Assembly (NCBI GenBank): GCA_030264375.1
Contig: JASCQW010000081.1
Coordinates: forward strand, 93,102,923-93,166,922
Origin: Carcharhinus longimanus
Taxonomy: Eukaryota
DNA: 64,000 nt
Direction of reading: 5' to 3'
The position numbers and the translations under genes were made by a program. Below, piece after piece: positions 14,225-26,189 of this stretch (its first letter is position 1; each line of letters opens with the position of its first letter). The notes beneath the pieces were generated by a model that worked only from the letters and a program-made list of their open reading frames with translations, had not been told where the DNA came from and did not search any database.

Positions 14225-14470
14225 ATGCTCAGGATCCGATTTCAATTCCCGGGATGGATTTCTGTCTGTGTTGATTTTCCACGCTGTCCCCGGATCTGTG
14301 TGCGTTCACCCAGGGTACCCTATCTTCTGCACACAGTCTGAAAGATGTTAATATGAAGCTTATTGGCATGCCAAATTCTTCTGCAGTGTCGCCGAAGGTT
14401 CTTCTCACAATAACTTCATTGTAATGTTGATTTAAGCCTATTCCTGCCAACAATGAATAATCTTTACATT
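14225..14470 (+). mobile_element. Decayed HE1-type SINE
   Basis: caggatccgatttcaattcccgg (B-box-like), tctgtctgtgttga..., attggcatgccaaattct, taacttcattgtaatgttg, tail. Confidence 0.55.
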
Positions 14471-14869
14471 TTAAAACGTTAGCAGATGGTACATATAATG
14501 CACTAAATCATGGGTAGGATCGAAAATGAGAATGAAACAACAAAACGCACCTTTGTGTCCACTGGGCCCATTTATGTGTCAGCAAGTGCAGGGGAGATTT
14601 CTCAGTGGAACGTGGCGATAGTGAACTATGGCTGACATCGTGTCGGATAAGTTCAATTTAGCAGCTCCATTAGTGAAACCTATCCAGCAGTGTATTCAGA
14701 TCGTCAAACAACGATGCCAAAAATGAATCAGTAGCTTGATTTTAAGTAGAATTCAAGAATGCAGTTGGAACGAGTTGGTTGTCGTGCTGACATGGATACA
14801 CATGTGCTAATTTAATTGGTATAAAAACATTTAGTTTTACATGGTTTACTGTGTCTCAGATAAAGTCAA

Positions 14870-14995
14870 AACATTGCGGATGTTAGAATGTGGAACAAAA
14901 ATAGACAAAGTGTAAAAATCTCAGCATGTCTTGCGCCATCCATTGAGAGGGAATACAACCAACGTTTCGAATCTGGGTGACCCTTCGGCAGTCGC
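14870..14995 (-). mobile_element. Penelope-like pLTR fragment with near-intact hammerhead-like core
   Basis: aaaatctcagcatgtct shared with 16947-16963; the minus strand reads CTGCCGAAGGGTCACCCAGATTCGAAACGTT (14991-14961). Confidence 0.55.
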
Positions 14996-15364
14996 CCAAA
15001 AATAGCAGGCAAATTCCAAGTGTCAACTTTTTTTGTATGTTTACTAATTGGCGTTTACCTGAGACATATTTCAGCAGAGACAAGAAGCAGACGACTGATC
15101 CATTCGTTTATTTTTTTCAACTACGGGGCAAGCAACTACTGTTCCGTTGTGCCATTTGGTTTTCAACATGCAATCTGTGAAAACATAAGGAATCGTGTTA
15201 CCTTCATCCTTCATACGCAGTAATCGTTCTGTGGGAATAAAACATAAGCTCAAATAAATGAAAAAAAAAACCCTGCAACACTTCATCGTGTTTTTCAATG
15301 CATCCCGTCCTTCTTAAAACGCAAGAAATACTTATCATGCCTGAGAAGTTATAGAATTGTAGGG

Positions 15365-15960
15365 TTGTTTTGAACATTAGGTAATAATTTAGCTGGACGG
15401 ATGATTCGAACGAGGCCATTTATCACAATCAGTTTTCTCCTCCATTTAATGAGATCATTACTAATCTCATTAGAGAACCCGCAACTCTTCTTCCTCGTCT
15501 TATCTCCATAACCTTGGTGCCATTACTGATCAAATAAAAAAAAAGAATCTGCCTATGTCAGACTTTACTATGCTTAAAAATGGCGACTTGACAACTCTAA
15601 AGGCGAAGAATTCCAAAGATGCATTGCCCTGTATAGAATAAATTCCTTCTGGCCTCTGTCTTTAATGGACAACCTCTTGGTTCGATACAATTCACACTGC
15701 TTCTTGCTCGCCTCACAAAGGGAAAACCTCTCAACAATTGTTAGTTTCCACAGCTGCCTGCTATAGAGAGTTCAAAAGCTCTCTGTTTTGGAAAATTCGA
15801 CAGAGTCACAAACTATTTAGTGAAGATATTTTCCACATTTCATGCTAAACGACCTTCCCATATCCCAAGAGTATAACTCCTCGTTATTTATCCCCTGTTA
15901 GGGACCTATCATTCACAATATTTGGCCGCAAATATCCCGATACCGTGAAATTTGAGTTCT
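15365..15960 (-). mobile_element. Decayed CR1 3'-end fragments
   Basis: gaacattagg..., tccatttaatgagatcatta, gaagaattccaaagat...aaattccttct; a second fragment has gagagttcaaaag and aaattcgacagagtcaca. Confidence 0.5.
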
Positions 15961-16929
15961 TGTGCTTTACTATACTAGATAACATTATCTTATTTTTTCT
16001 AGTGATATGAAATGTGTTCCCAATACCAATGACAACGTTTTCATAGGACTGAAACAAACAAAAACTCCTGGCGGATTTAACAGTGGAAGTTGAAGAAGCA
16101 ATTGCAGTAGAATTATTCCAAGGTGTAACAAGCAGGTGGAATTTATGAAAGACCCAAATGAGGACATCCCTTGTGATGCTGACTTGATACGCCTTGGAAT
16201 AAAACGTTTTTGCATGTTTACTAATTGGCGTTCATATATAACTACGAGTTGAAACAAAAAACAATAAAACTCCTGTAGAACAGAAATCAGGGTATTGAAT
16301 TTTAGAAAATCACCTTAAAACAGCTGAATCAACATCAGGGAAACATTTTACAGACAGCTCGGAACAGTTGTAAGAAAATTGAAAGCCATCTCACCAACAT
16401 CCATACGAATAGCTTCCAACTGCTCTAGTTCTGAAAAAAAAATATTTATGTTTGCTCAGGTCTCAGCACACAATCCAAAAATTGGAGGAATATTTCGAGG
16501 ACTATCTACGTTCGCAATATGTTAGAATTAACAGCAAAATGTGTGTGATGAAGTAGCCTTGCATGGAATGCCGTGTACATTGAATCGAATTACATTTGGG
16601 AATAACTAGAAAATAATCAGATTAAAAAAAACGCAAAGGGGTAATCTCCTTAGTTGACCAGTTATTTCACTGAAGGATTTGCATAGTATGGGAAACATGT
16701 AGCGATGATAAATGCAAATATCTCTCGCCGGGTGGAGATCATGAGGATTGCAGCACATCCGCTAAAACTTAACTCTAAACAATTACGTGAACTTAATAAT
16801 CAATACTTCACACAGAATGTATTCAAAGTTTTGGATGCTTCTTCAAATAATACATACGATGACGTTAAATAAGTTCAAAAGGAGAGAGAACGACTCTTCT
16901 GTTGAATAGATCATGAAAATCTCAAGGAA

Positions 16930-18590
16930 GAAGAGCAAATGCTGGAAAATCTCAGCACGTCTGACAGCATGTGTGCGGAGAGAATAGAACCAATGTTTTG
17001 ATACCAGATGGCCCTTTGACAGAGTTGAGAGCATAGAGAATCAGCAAAGAAGTATATTATGAGTGTGAGAAAGTAGTAGAATCGGACAAAGGCAACGCGT
17101 ATAATGATACAGAGGGTCAATTCAATGCTAAGAAATGTCCATTCAATGGCCGTGATGGGTGAAAGGCAGAACAGAGGTTGTCAGTTGACAGTCTGACCAA
17201 GTCTGACAGTTGCCTTGAAAGCGGAGAAGGGGGAAGGAAAGCAGTAGAGGTGGAATGGGCATTGGAAAAAAATAGAAGTGAGGAAGAAGGATGAAAAAAA
17301 TGGAGTAACAAGATACAACAAAATGAAATAAAATAAATGGAAATGTGGTGAAAGTGTAGGAGACAGGTCATGCTCCAAAGATTTTGAACTCAACTTTCGG
17401 TCCAGAAGACTGAATTGCCCATTCAGAAGATGGGGTGCTGCTCCACCAGTTTGCGTTTGGGTTTGCAAGACCATTCCAAAAGGCCAAGGGTAGACACTTT
17501 GACAGGAGACCAGAGTAATGTGTTGAAATGGGAAGTGAAATGAAGCTCAGAGTCCTGCTTCAAGACGGACAGAAAGTGTTCAGGAAAGCAATCACAAAGT
17601 CTACACCTGGTATCTCCGATATAGGGTAGACAGCATTTGGAGCAGTGAATGCAAAAGACCAGTTTGAAGGAGGTGCATGTGAAGCACTACTTCACCTAAA
17701 TTGGTATCTGGGACCTAGGACGGTGAGCAGTGAGGAGGCAAAAGGACAGTTGTTGTAGCTTCAACGATTGCATGCGAAAGAAGAATGGGCACCGGGTGTG
17801 GTGTTGGTTGTGATGGAGGATTGGACCAAACTGTCCCATAGAGAACGGTCCTTGCAGAATGCTGACAGAGTGGCGGGTGGGGTGAAGATGCGTTGAGTAG
17901 TGGCATCATGCTGAAGTACGTGGAAAAAAAACAGAATCAAAGGCCTCCTAAATTTCCTGATTCTCATGGCTCTGCAAAAGTTCAATTTTATCAAGACTAT
18001 AAGCTTCTTCAATTAGGCTACAGTACGGATTAATCCCAATTCCATTCATTATCCTTTGAATAGTGACAAGTAGATTGAAATGTGAGGGCAAGGAGGACAA
18101 TATTCTGCTTCTGGGAGGGAGGGATGAGGTTAAAGCAGATACCTCCGGGGGTGGGTTGGACGCGGTTGAGAGCGCTGTAAACCTTAGCAGGTGGTAATCC
18201 TCAATTGTGGAAGAAAGAAGGCATATCAGCAGAGTTGATTTGTAAAGTAGCATCATCAGAACAGGTTCGGTGGACGCGAAAAAGCTAATAGAGGATGATA
18301 GAGCCTTTACAGAATGTGAGGTGTGAAAAGTCATAGTCAAAATCGTTTTGAATTTCGGTGATCTTGAAGTGGATACTAATGAACAGTTCGTCATCATAAA
18401 TGGTCACATAGAGGTCAAGTGTCAGAGAGCGGCCATTCTGAATGTGATTCCGGTGTGGAAAATAGAGGCAAAACTGGTATTTTTCTTTCGGGGTGCAGAA
18501 TGAAGTGACACGAAATAGGGGTCGATGTACCGATAAAAGAGTTGTGGGAGGCGGGGTCGAAGTGAAACCGGCAAATGGAATGCTCCATGT
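16930..18590 (-). mobile_element. Penelope-like retroelement relic (RT C-terminus, GIY-YIG endonuclease, 3' pLTR)
   Basis: Minus-strand translation QLFYRYIDP (RYIDD motif, ~18520-18545) and FTCTSFKLVFCIHCSKCCLPYIGDTRCRL...EH...HFN...RKLVEQHPIF (~17690-17425), the Penelope GIY-YIG domain with its CCHH motif; pLTR at ~16930-17030. Confidence 0.8.
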
Positions 18591-18614
18591 AAATAAACAG
18601 GCTTAACTGGGATC

Positions 18615-18835
18615 AATAAGACCATAAGACCGAAAGGCATAGGAACAGAATTAGGCTACTCGTCCCATCGAACCTGCTCCGCCATTTATTCATGGCTGAA
18701 ATGTTTTTGTTTTCCTTCCCATCCTGTTGCCTTTTTCCCATTACCCCTTATCCCCTTCTTAATCAAGAACCTAACTATCTCTGTCTTAAAGACACTCAAT
18801 GACCTGCCCCCCACAGGCTTCTGCAGCAAAGAGTT
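18615..18835 (-). mobile_element. Young CR1 LINE 3' end, truncated by a gap
   Basis: Tail taagaccataagacc, ggctactcgtcccatcgaacctgctccgccatt; minus strand KTEIVRFLIKKGIRG. Confidence 0.85.
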
Positions 18836-18935
18836 NNNNNNNNNNNNNNNNNNNNNNNNNNNNNNNNNNNNNNNNNNNNNNNNNNNNNNNNNNNNNNNNN
18901 NNNNNNNNNNNNNNNNNNNNNNNNNNNNNNNNNNN
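18836..18935. other. Assembly gap of 100 N; others at 22704-22803, 38181-38280, 42571-42670, 52138-52237, 54414-54513, 55698-55797
   Basis: Runs of exactly 100 N, most abutting CR1 sequence. Confidence 0.99.
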
Positions 18936-21609
18936 AGCGAGAGCCAGAAAAGGTAAAACAAATCCGTTCACTGTATGCAACTTCGTGCTGCTAAATATAT
19001 ATCGCAACGATATCAGGGTGAAAGACAATTGCTTCTCAGTGCCAACTTATTGACAAAAAAATCAGCACACCACAGCCATTTTCTCCTTTGGACATCTGAT
19101 TAATAACGGGGATACATATCTCCACCGCAAGGGTGTTAAATATTCTTTTTTTTCGTTTTCAACAAGTAATGCCAAACAACGCAATAAAACCTCAACGGTT
19201 ACTCTGTACAGCATAATCATATTTCTACATACACATATAGAAAAAAAATCTCAGCGCACGAACAAGATTGATTCGGATGATTGAGTTTAATTACAAGCGG
19301 CACCTTCACATGTAATAACATTAAATAGATTGGTTAAGAAATTGGGGCAGCAAGTATAACACGATGAAACCATAACTACATTGTGTAACGATAAACGCCT
19401 TCTCTTATGGGATACTAGAGAAAAAGCCATATATTTTATGGAAAGCATTGTAGCAATAAGTCTGATAATGCAGCGACCAACATCTCGCAACATTCAAAAA
19501 ACAAATAGATTATCAGACTTCGCAGGCAACACGGATGTTATTTTATTTCCCGTCGGGAACACCTTTACACCAAGAAGAAACACCTTCCTATTAAGAACAA
19601 TGTAAAACAGCGTATGCCAGAAGAACCGCTGTGAAAATTGCCAGATAAACCGACAGGGACACATAACAATCAGGACCCTTTTGTCCCAAGGCGAAAGAAG
19701 CAAGGTCATGCTTGCCTTCTCACATTTCCAAAAAATGCACACTGATCCCTCTTTTGATAGGATCCGTTCCATAACGCAACAAAGCGCACTCACCAACAAA
19801 ATGAAGGAATACCTCCGCCAGTCATAAACGAATGATATTCCTCTCATTGCCAATGCCAGTATAAGCACTCAAGCTTTCCAAAGATACCGAAACATTATGC
19901 TTTCATATTGACTCAAGGCCAAAAACCAAGTAGTCTGATCATCACACGCAATCTGCATCCCTGACGCAAGCGTAAAATAGGATCAAGTATTTTTAGTTTG
20001 TTTAATTGAAATCGACAGCCTGATGTTTGTGGATAACTTAAAGGAGCACACGAAGAGATGGATCCCATTGAACCAGCTGAATTCAATGCACATTGCACGA
20101 TTTCCCAATTAGCTATTGCCAATCAGCCAAAGAAAATATATAAGGTATTAACACGGGAACGAAAATGTTGGGCAAACAAAAATGCCCAGTCGCGCTTAGG
20201 TGCACAGCAGAACATGCCACCCCCATTGCTAGGGCAGGGACACCACAGGCGCGATTGATGCAAGGCAATGTACGTGTGCTCTGTCTGCACTTTTGCAGGG
20301 GTCTATCAGAAATTCAGTGACTCCAGAACGACAATAATGCACAAAAAGGTAGTGTGCACAGAACCTTTTAAGGGGGGTTTGATCTCCAGGAATTGGGCCT
20401 GTATTCTCTGCCCCTAAACATCCACACTCCTACCCGCAGTGACGCTATTCGTATGAGCCATTGCAAGAATAAAATATTGCCCTATTCATATGCATCATTA
20501 TTAGGAATGTAAGGATTAGAAGAAGACAAAGACGATAAATATTGCAGAACTATGCAACCTTTGCCAACAATCGCAAGTTCCTTTAGTATATTACGCCATT
20601 CAGATTCAAGTATAACACAGGTTAACAAAAAAAAACAGATAGTCCACCTGAATTAACATGTTATAGCCATAATATGTTACCACTTGAATTATCACATTAT
20701 AATCATTTTATGGCTGTATGGTACCTTCTAACCATGGCACTGCAAGTACCTTGACCTTGGAGTGATTAAAGTAACAACGTGAGGTGTACAGTATAACCAA
20801 AGGAACTCCCTGGATTTCAAGAATAAAGGACGAACGTTGCCTCAGTACCCATATCTTATATTAATCCCGGCATCATAATGAATAACGTCAGAAAAGTGAA
20901 AAAATAGATGGGTCTACGACAATGAGTAAAATCGAGGATCAGTGATGTCCGGTAGGTCATGAGTTGAAATTATTGCCATCAGCTGAGATCAGACCGGCTC
21001 ACAAACAAAATATGACATGTCCTTTCAAGTTTAATTTGACTCGTTTTCATGTCGAGATTAAGCAATCTTGTAAACCTGTTTTCTGAAGATTCACGCGCTC
21101 ACATCATGTAATTCCAAGAGCTCTTAATAAATCACTTGGTACATCATCTTATGAAGTCTCACACATGTCATACCGATAATTATGTAATATCGAAAGCATT
21201 TTGGAGACCAGCACATTGTGTAATCCAGTAAACATTTCACTTTTCAGCTACTCTGTACAAGTCGGAATGAGTGTATTAAAAAAAGTGTTTGAATAGCACA
21301 TTTGTTGGAATAAAATTTGGATTTACATTCCAGGAGGGCACTATTTCTGGTCTTCAGTGAAGTGTATGTGTTTTTTTTGACGTCAGCCTGAGTGGGAAAG
21401 TGCTGTTCAGGTCTAATCCTTAATTCAAAATACAGCATCAGCGATGCCACAACGCTTTCGCAATACTTTACAGAAACAGGCACAAATATCTTATTCCCAT
21501 GTCCGTGGAAAAGATACAATACATTCTATACACACCAATGGCTTGGAATCATGAGCTATCCAAGGTGATCTCGAACCTGTACTGACATTGTTTGAGATTT
21601 TAACAAAAA

Positions 21610-22190
21610 AAAACTGCGCATGCTGGAATCTGAACCTGAAACAGAAAATTCTAGAAAAAAAATAGAAGGTCTGATAGCATTAATGGGGCTAGAATAGTGC
21701 CAATGTTTCCAGTCTTGATTGTTCGTCACCACAGCTGACTGCAAAAAGGATCAGCGGAGATTTATTCAAGTAGGGTGAGGGTGCAATGGGACAAAGTGAA
21801 TATAAACGAGGATGCAGAAGGCTGTGAAGTTGCTACAAACGGGTCAATTATGTGATCAGAGTATATGAATGATAAAACAGAGGTGCAGATTGTTCATGGA
21901 CAGCCTGAGAAATGTGGGGCGCTGGAAGGCGGCCAAAAGCAGAGCTGGAATTCAAATTGCAAAAATGGAGAGGAGAAAGAAGGATGATAAAAACAGATGA
22001 AAACGTTGAAATAAAGTGAAATTAGATAAATGGACATGGCATGAACGTAGAGCAACGAATTCATGCTCTGGAGTTTTTGAACACAATGTTGCGTCCAGAA
22101 GGCTGTAACGTGCCCAGTAGGAAGATAAGCCGCTGTTCCTCCAGTTTGTGTTTGGTTTCTCCAGAACATTGCAAAAGGCCACAGGTTCAA
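21610..22190 (-). mobile_element. Penelope-like element 3' fragment
   Basis: Minus strand NTNWRNSGLSSYWARYSL / GTAAYLPTGHVTAF parallels 17380-17480; pLTR-like gcatgctggaatctgaa at ~21617. Confidence 0.65.
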
Positions 22191-22244
22191 TCTCTCAACA
22201 ATTTCTCCATGAACTCGTCTTACCTATTCCAAATAAAAAGTTAC

Positions 22245-22703
22245 GGCTATTAATACCCATATGGATGCAAATATATGCAGAGGGACAGGTCGTATTGAGG
22301 AAGCAGAGGAGCTGCAGAAGCAGCTGGACAGTTTAGGAGAGTGGGCAAAGAAATGGTAGATGGAATGTAATGTCGAAAAGTGTGAGGTTTTGCACTTTGG
22401 AAGGAGGAATAGAGGCATAGACTATGTCCTAAATGGGAAAATACTTCGGAAATCAGAAACACAAAGGGAGTTGGAAGCTATTGTTCAAGACACTCTTAAG
22501 GTTAACATGGACCTTCAGTTGGCAGTTAGGAAGGCAAATGCAATGTTAGCATTTATGTTGAGAGGGCTGGAATGCAAGGGCATGGATGTACTTTTGAGGC
22601 TGCACAGGGCTCTGGTCAGATCCCATTTGGAGTACTGTGAGCAGTTTTGGGCCCCATATCTAAGGAAGGATTTGCTGGCTTTGGAAAGGGTCCAAAGCAG
22701 GTT
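22245..22703 (+). mobile_element. Young CR1 LINE ORF2 fragment
   Basis: ORF 22360: NVEKCEVLHFGRRN...KANAMLAF...LVRSHLEYCEQFWAPYLRKDLLALERVQ, the canonical CR1 RT C-terminus. Confidence 0.9.
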
Positions 22704-24889
22704 NNNNNNNNNNNNNNNNNNNNNNNNNNNNNNNNNNNNNNNNNNNNNNNNNNNNNNNNNNNNNNNNNNNNNNNNNNNNNNNNNNNNNNNNNNNNNNNNN
22801 NNNGTCAACAAGGAACTGCCATATTTCAGGTTCACCCCACAATGCAATTCCATTTTACATAACTCCCCAATTTGAAACATAAATGTTGTTGTCTCACGTC
22901 TGGAGCTTTTTTTTTATTTTAAGTTTTGTTATTTTCTAGCAGATATTGCTTTCACCTTAGCAAGACACAAATGTCTTCTTCAATCCGTTATGTTCGGAGT
23001 GATGATGCTTCAGCCATTAGCACGATAATGGAAGAAGTCTTGCCTCTGTTCCAAATGGGCTGTAGCAGTCAAACCGTCACAGTCGACATTGTCGCATTTG
23101 ATCTGCTGCTCGTAATCATATGTCCAACTGAAGACATTTTGTCAGTTTGGCCATTTGGAAAACCACAGGGTTAAAATAAAAGTTCTCAAAGTGCTCTACG
23201 TAATAAATATGTACATATGGTGCTTTCACGTCTTTGTTCTGACACGCCTTTCCCTTGGCGAAAATGAAATATATTGTATTCTATTTCATTTTGTTTGTTT
23301 TCTTTTATTCTGTGCAGTCATAGGAAGGAAGTTTAGGACAACTTAAGAAAAACATGCAGTTGTCCATTCATTAATAGCAGGGTCTTAAACACACCACTAG
23401 CAGAGGAATTAGCGGTCACTGCTGCATCTTTATTTCATGGTGAAGAGGAGGCGAGCCTGCAAATCATTTTCGTTTCCATTAATGTGGTTAATTCGAGATG
23501 GAGTTCAAATTCATCAGCGCAGGGAATTAGCTTTTGTTTAATAATTAAGAATACAGTTTCCACTGTTTGGTGTTAATTGCTTTATCCTCCAGCATTTTTA
23601 AAGGGATGGACATTTCTTAGGACCGCTTCTGATTGTACGTCCCCCTCTGGGGATGTTATGCCTAAGGATCAGAAGACTGAGCTGCTCTTGTCCGCTCAGC
23701 ACCTCAATAGTCATGTGGGTACCTTGTGAATTCAATTGCATGAACGAATGGACTGGCAATTGGCAACGTTTTCGTAGATTAAATTGTTTTGCAGGGGACA
23801 ACACGTGCACTTTCATGGGTCCAGTTTCCACGGATAGCACGTTTTATCATTTCTGATGTTGGCTGACTACCGAACTTCTTTCAACACTTTTGGGACGAGA
23901 TTAAAGGAAGAGGGCCTACTGGTTATGGCGTCATCCGCTGTTCACTGGATATAATACAATGCAGTAACTTGTTGAGAGAATCATAGTGCACAACATGGAT
24001 TGGAACAACCATGTTGAGTGACGTATGGATTACGAGCCTTCGGGGACAGCACTGCCAAGTGTGAAATTTTCAGCTCCTGCTGTGCCTGTAGATGAGTTAT
24101 CAACTGGACGTCAATCACACTCATTTCATCTGTGTAAACTTATGACCTTTTCCGGTTTCACAGTTACTTTCAACAATAACCCTGGCAACAACCATTGGCT
24201 TCCTGATAATGGCCCATCAGTTTGTTAAGTGTTGTCTTTTAACACTGTTTTTATGTACAAGAATATCAGTGACCTCGAATGGGTGCAGCTTTGACAAAGT
24301 TCTGTGAGAACTTTTGTAGTGGATATACAAATACTTTACCAGATTGTGAACAATTTGTATATCCGCCCTACTTCTTCCAATTTTGAACATGTGGGTTTGG
24401 TGGGGGGTGGGGGGGGGGTGTCGTACCTAGCCATTCAAAAATTGTGCTGCCTCCCTTCAAAAAGAATGTGGGAGAACGTTCCTCAACGAAGGTAGGTATG
24501 GAAGGGGACTCTGGAGTCCCTCCTCTTAAACTGAGAAGGTGTTGGCCAACCAGGTTTCTTGTTTCCAAGCAAGGGTACGTGCAACATTTTTTTTTTCAAA
24601 TTGTGTTGGATTCAGTTGTCTTTCCGTGCAGTCCTCTTCTGAAAATGGAAAAAAAACAACAAATATAGGTTTTAGACGTACGGACATTCAGCAATGGCAA
24701 TAGCTTCCTTTTAGAAAATCACAGATGGAGTTTGTGATTTTCCTGGTATCCCGCTTCAAAAGCTGACAATTAGATTTTCGACAGATCGAACTCCTGCTTG
24801 TCCAGCGTGGGCGTCGGAATTTTGTATTATAAAATTACTTGTCGTTTGAACTGCATTGCGAGGGGTCGGTGTATTGTGGGGTGCAGAAT

Positions 24890-25170
24890 AGGGGGAAACA
24901 GTGGCTTAGTATTACTGCCACTGGCTAGAAATCCAGAGACCCAGGTACCGTGATACAAATCTCACTATTGGAGATGGTGATATGAATTCATGAGTTAAAA
25001 CCTGGAATTAAAAGTCTACCGTTGATCACAAAACTATCCTCAATTGTCGAGAAAATCCATCTGGTTCATTGACGCCCGTTAGCGAAGGAAATCTGCCACA
25101 CTTACCTGGTCAGAACGACATGTAACTCCATCTCGACGATAATGTAGTTGACTCACAAATGCCCATTTTT
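24890..25170 (+). mobile_element. Decayed tRNA-derived SINE (second family; related copies ~58220-58500 plus and ~11005-11290 minus)
   Basis: Head cagtggcttagt...aatccagagaccc, then ccatctggttcattgacgcccgttagcgaaggaaatctgcc, shared with 58381-58410 taatgtcctttagggaagg. Confidence 0.5.
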
Positions 25171-25299
25171 CAAACTTTCCCATGTATGAATTGCATGGAT
25201 CTTGGTGCCTAAAGGAGAATTTCGAAGTTTCCAAATGCACCGAATCATTTTCGACATTGGGAACGACATTATTGAACTTCAAAAACATACGGACAAAAT

Positions 25300-26110
25300 C
25301 TGAGCCGGGAAGATAGGTAACTGAGTAAGTTCAGTATAGAGATGTGTGAGGCAGGAAGAAAAGACATAGATTATATTATTTCACGAACAAATCGTAAAAA
25401 GGTTCCTGCAGTAGAGGGAATTGGATGTATATGCGCATACATCACGGACGATAACAGGGCAGTTGGGAAAATAATTAATAAAGCAGGCAGTATCGTATAA
25501 TGTATTAATAGAAAGGCAAAATGCAAGAACAGGAATGCTATTAAAACGTTTTCTAAGAACATAAATAATCTCTCGCTGGTGTACTGCGCAAAGTTCTGAG
25601 TCCTACACTACTTGAGGGATGTGGATGTCTTGGCAGAAACACAGAACATGTTCGTGAAAACGTTTCACGTGATGAGTAACTTCTGGTGGGAGGATAAGTA
25701 GGAAAACAGGGTTGCCCTTCAGCTAAAGGAAATAGAGCAGATGAACTTGAATTTGTTGCTTAGTATCCCAAGGTCGCTGGAAAGATTGAACAAGGGGAAA
25801 CAGCACCTGCTCGTAAAATGATGAAGATCGAGAGAGTATACGTTCAAAATGATGTTCAAAGCTATCGAATATGACGTGAGAAAAATGACAGCGACTGTTT
25901 CGAATATGAAATGCGCAGCCTGGACATGTTTTTTTTTACAGCAGGTTAAACTGATACATTCGAGAGGACATGAGATGAATATGTGGATGGAAGTAATTTG
26001 CATTGATATGGTGAAAGTGACTGGAAAATTGTCCTACTTTTTAACACGTATTTTGAACGTCAGTGCAGCCGTGATTGTCCGAATGGGTCCCAAGAATTCT
26101 GTGTTTCTCT
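25300..26110 (+). mobile_element. Heavily decayed CR1-like 3' portion
   Basis: gtactgcgcaaagttctgagtcctacactac...gaggatgtggatgtcttgg (YCxQFWSPH-like); 3' end gtccgaatgggtcc...tgtgtttct. Confidence 0.5.
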
Positions 26111-26189
26111 GCGAAACGAAATTACTATTTCCTTTACATTTGAAGCGTTGACAAGTAATGTGGATCAATTAACTCCGCAAATTAACGGA

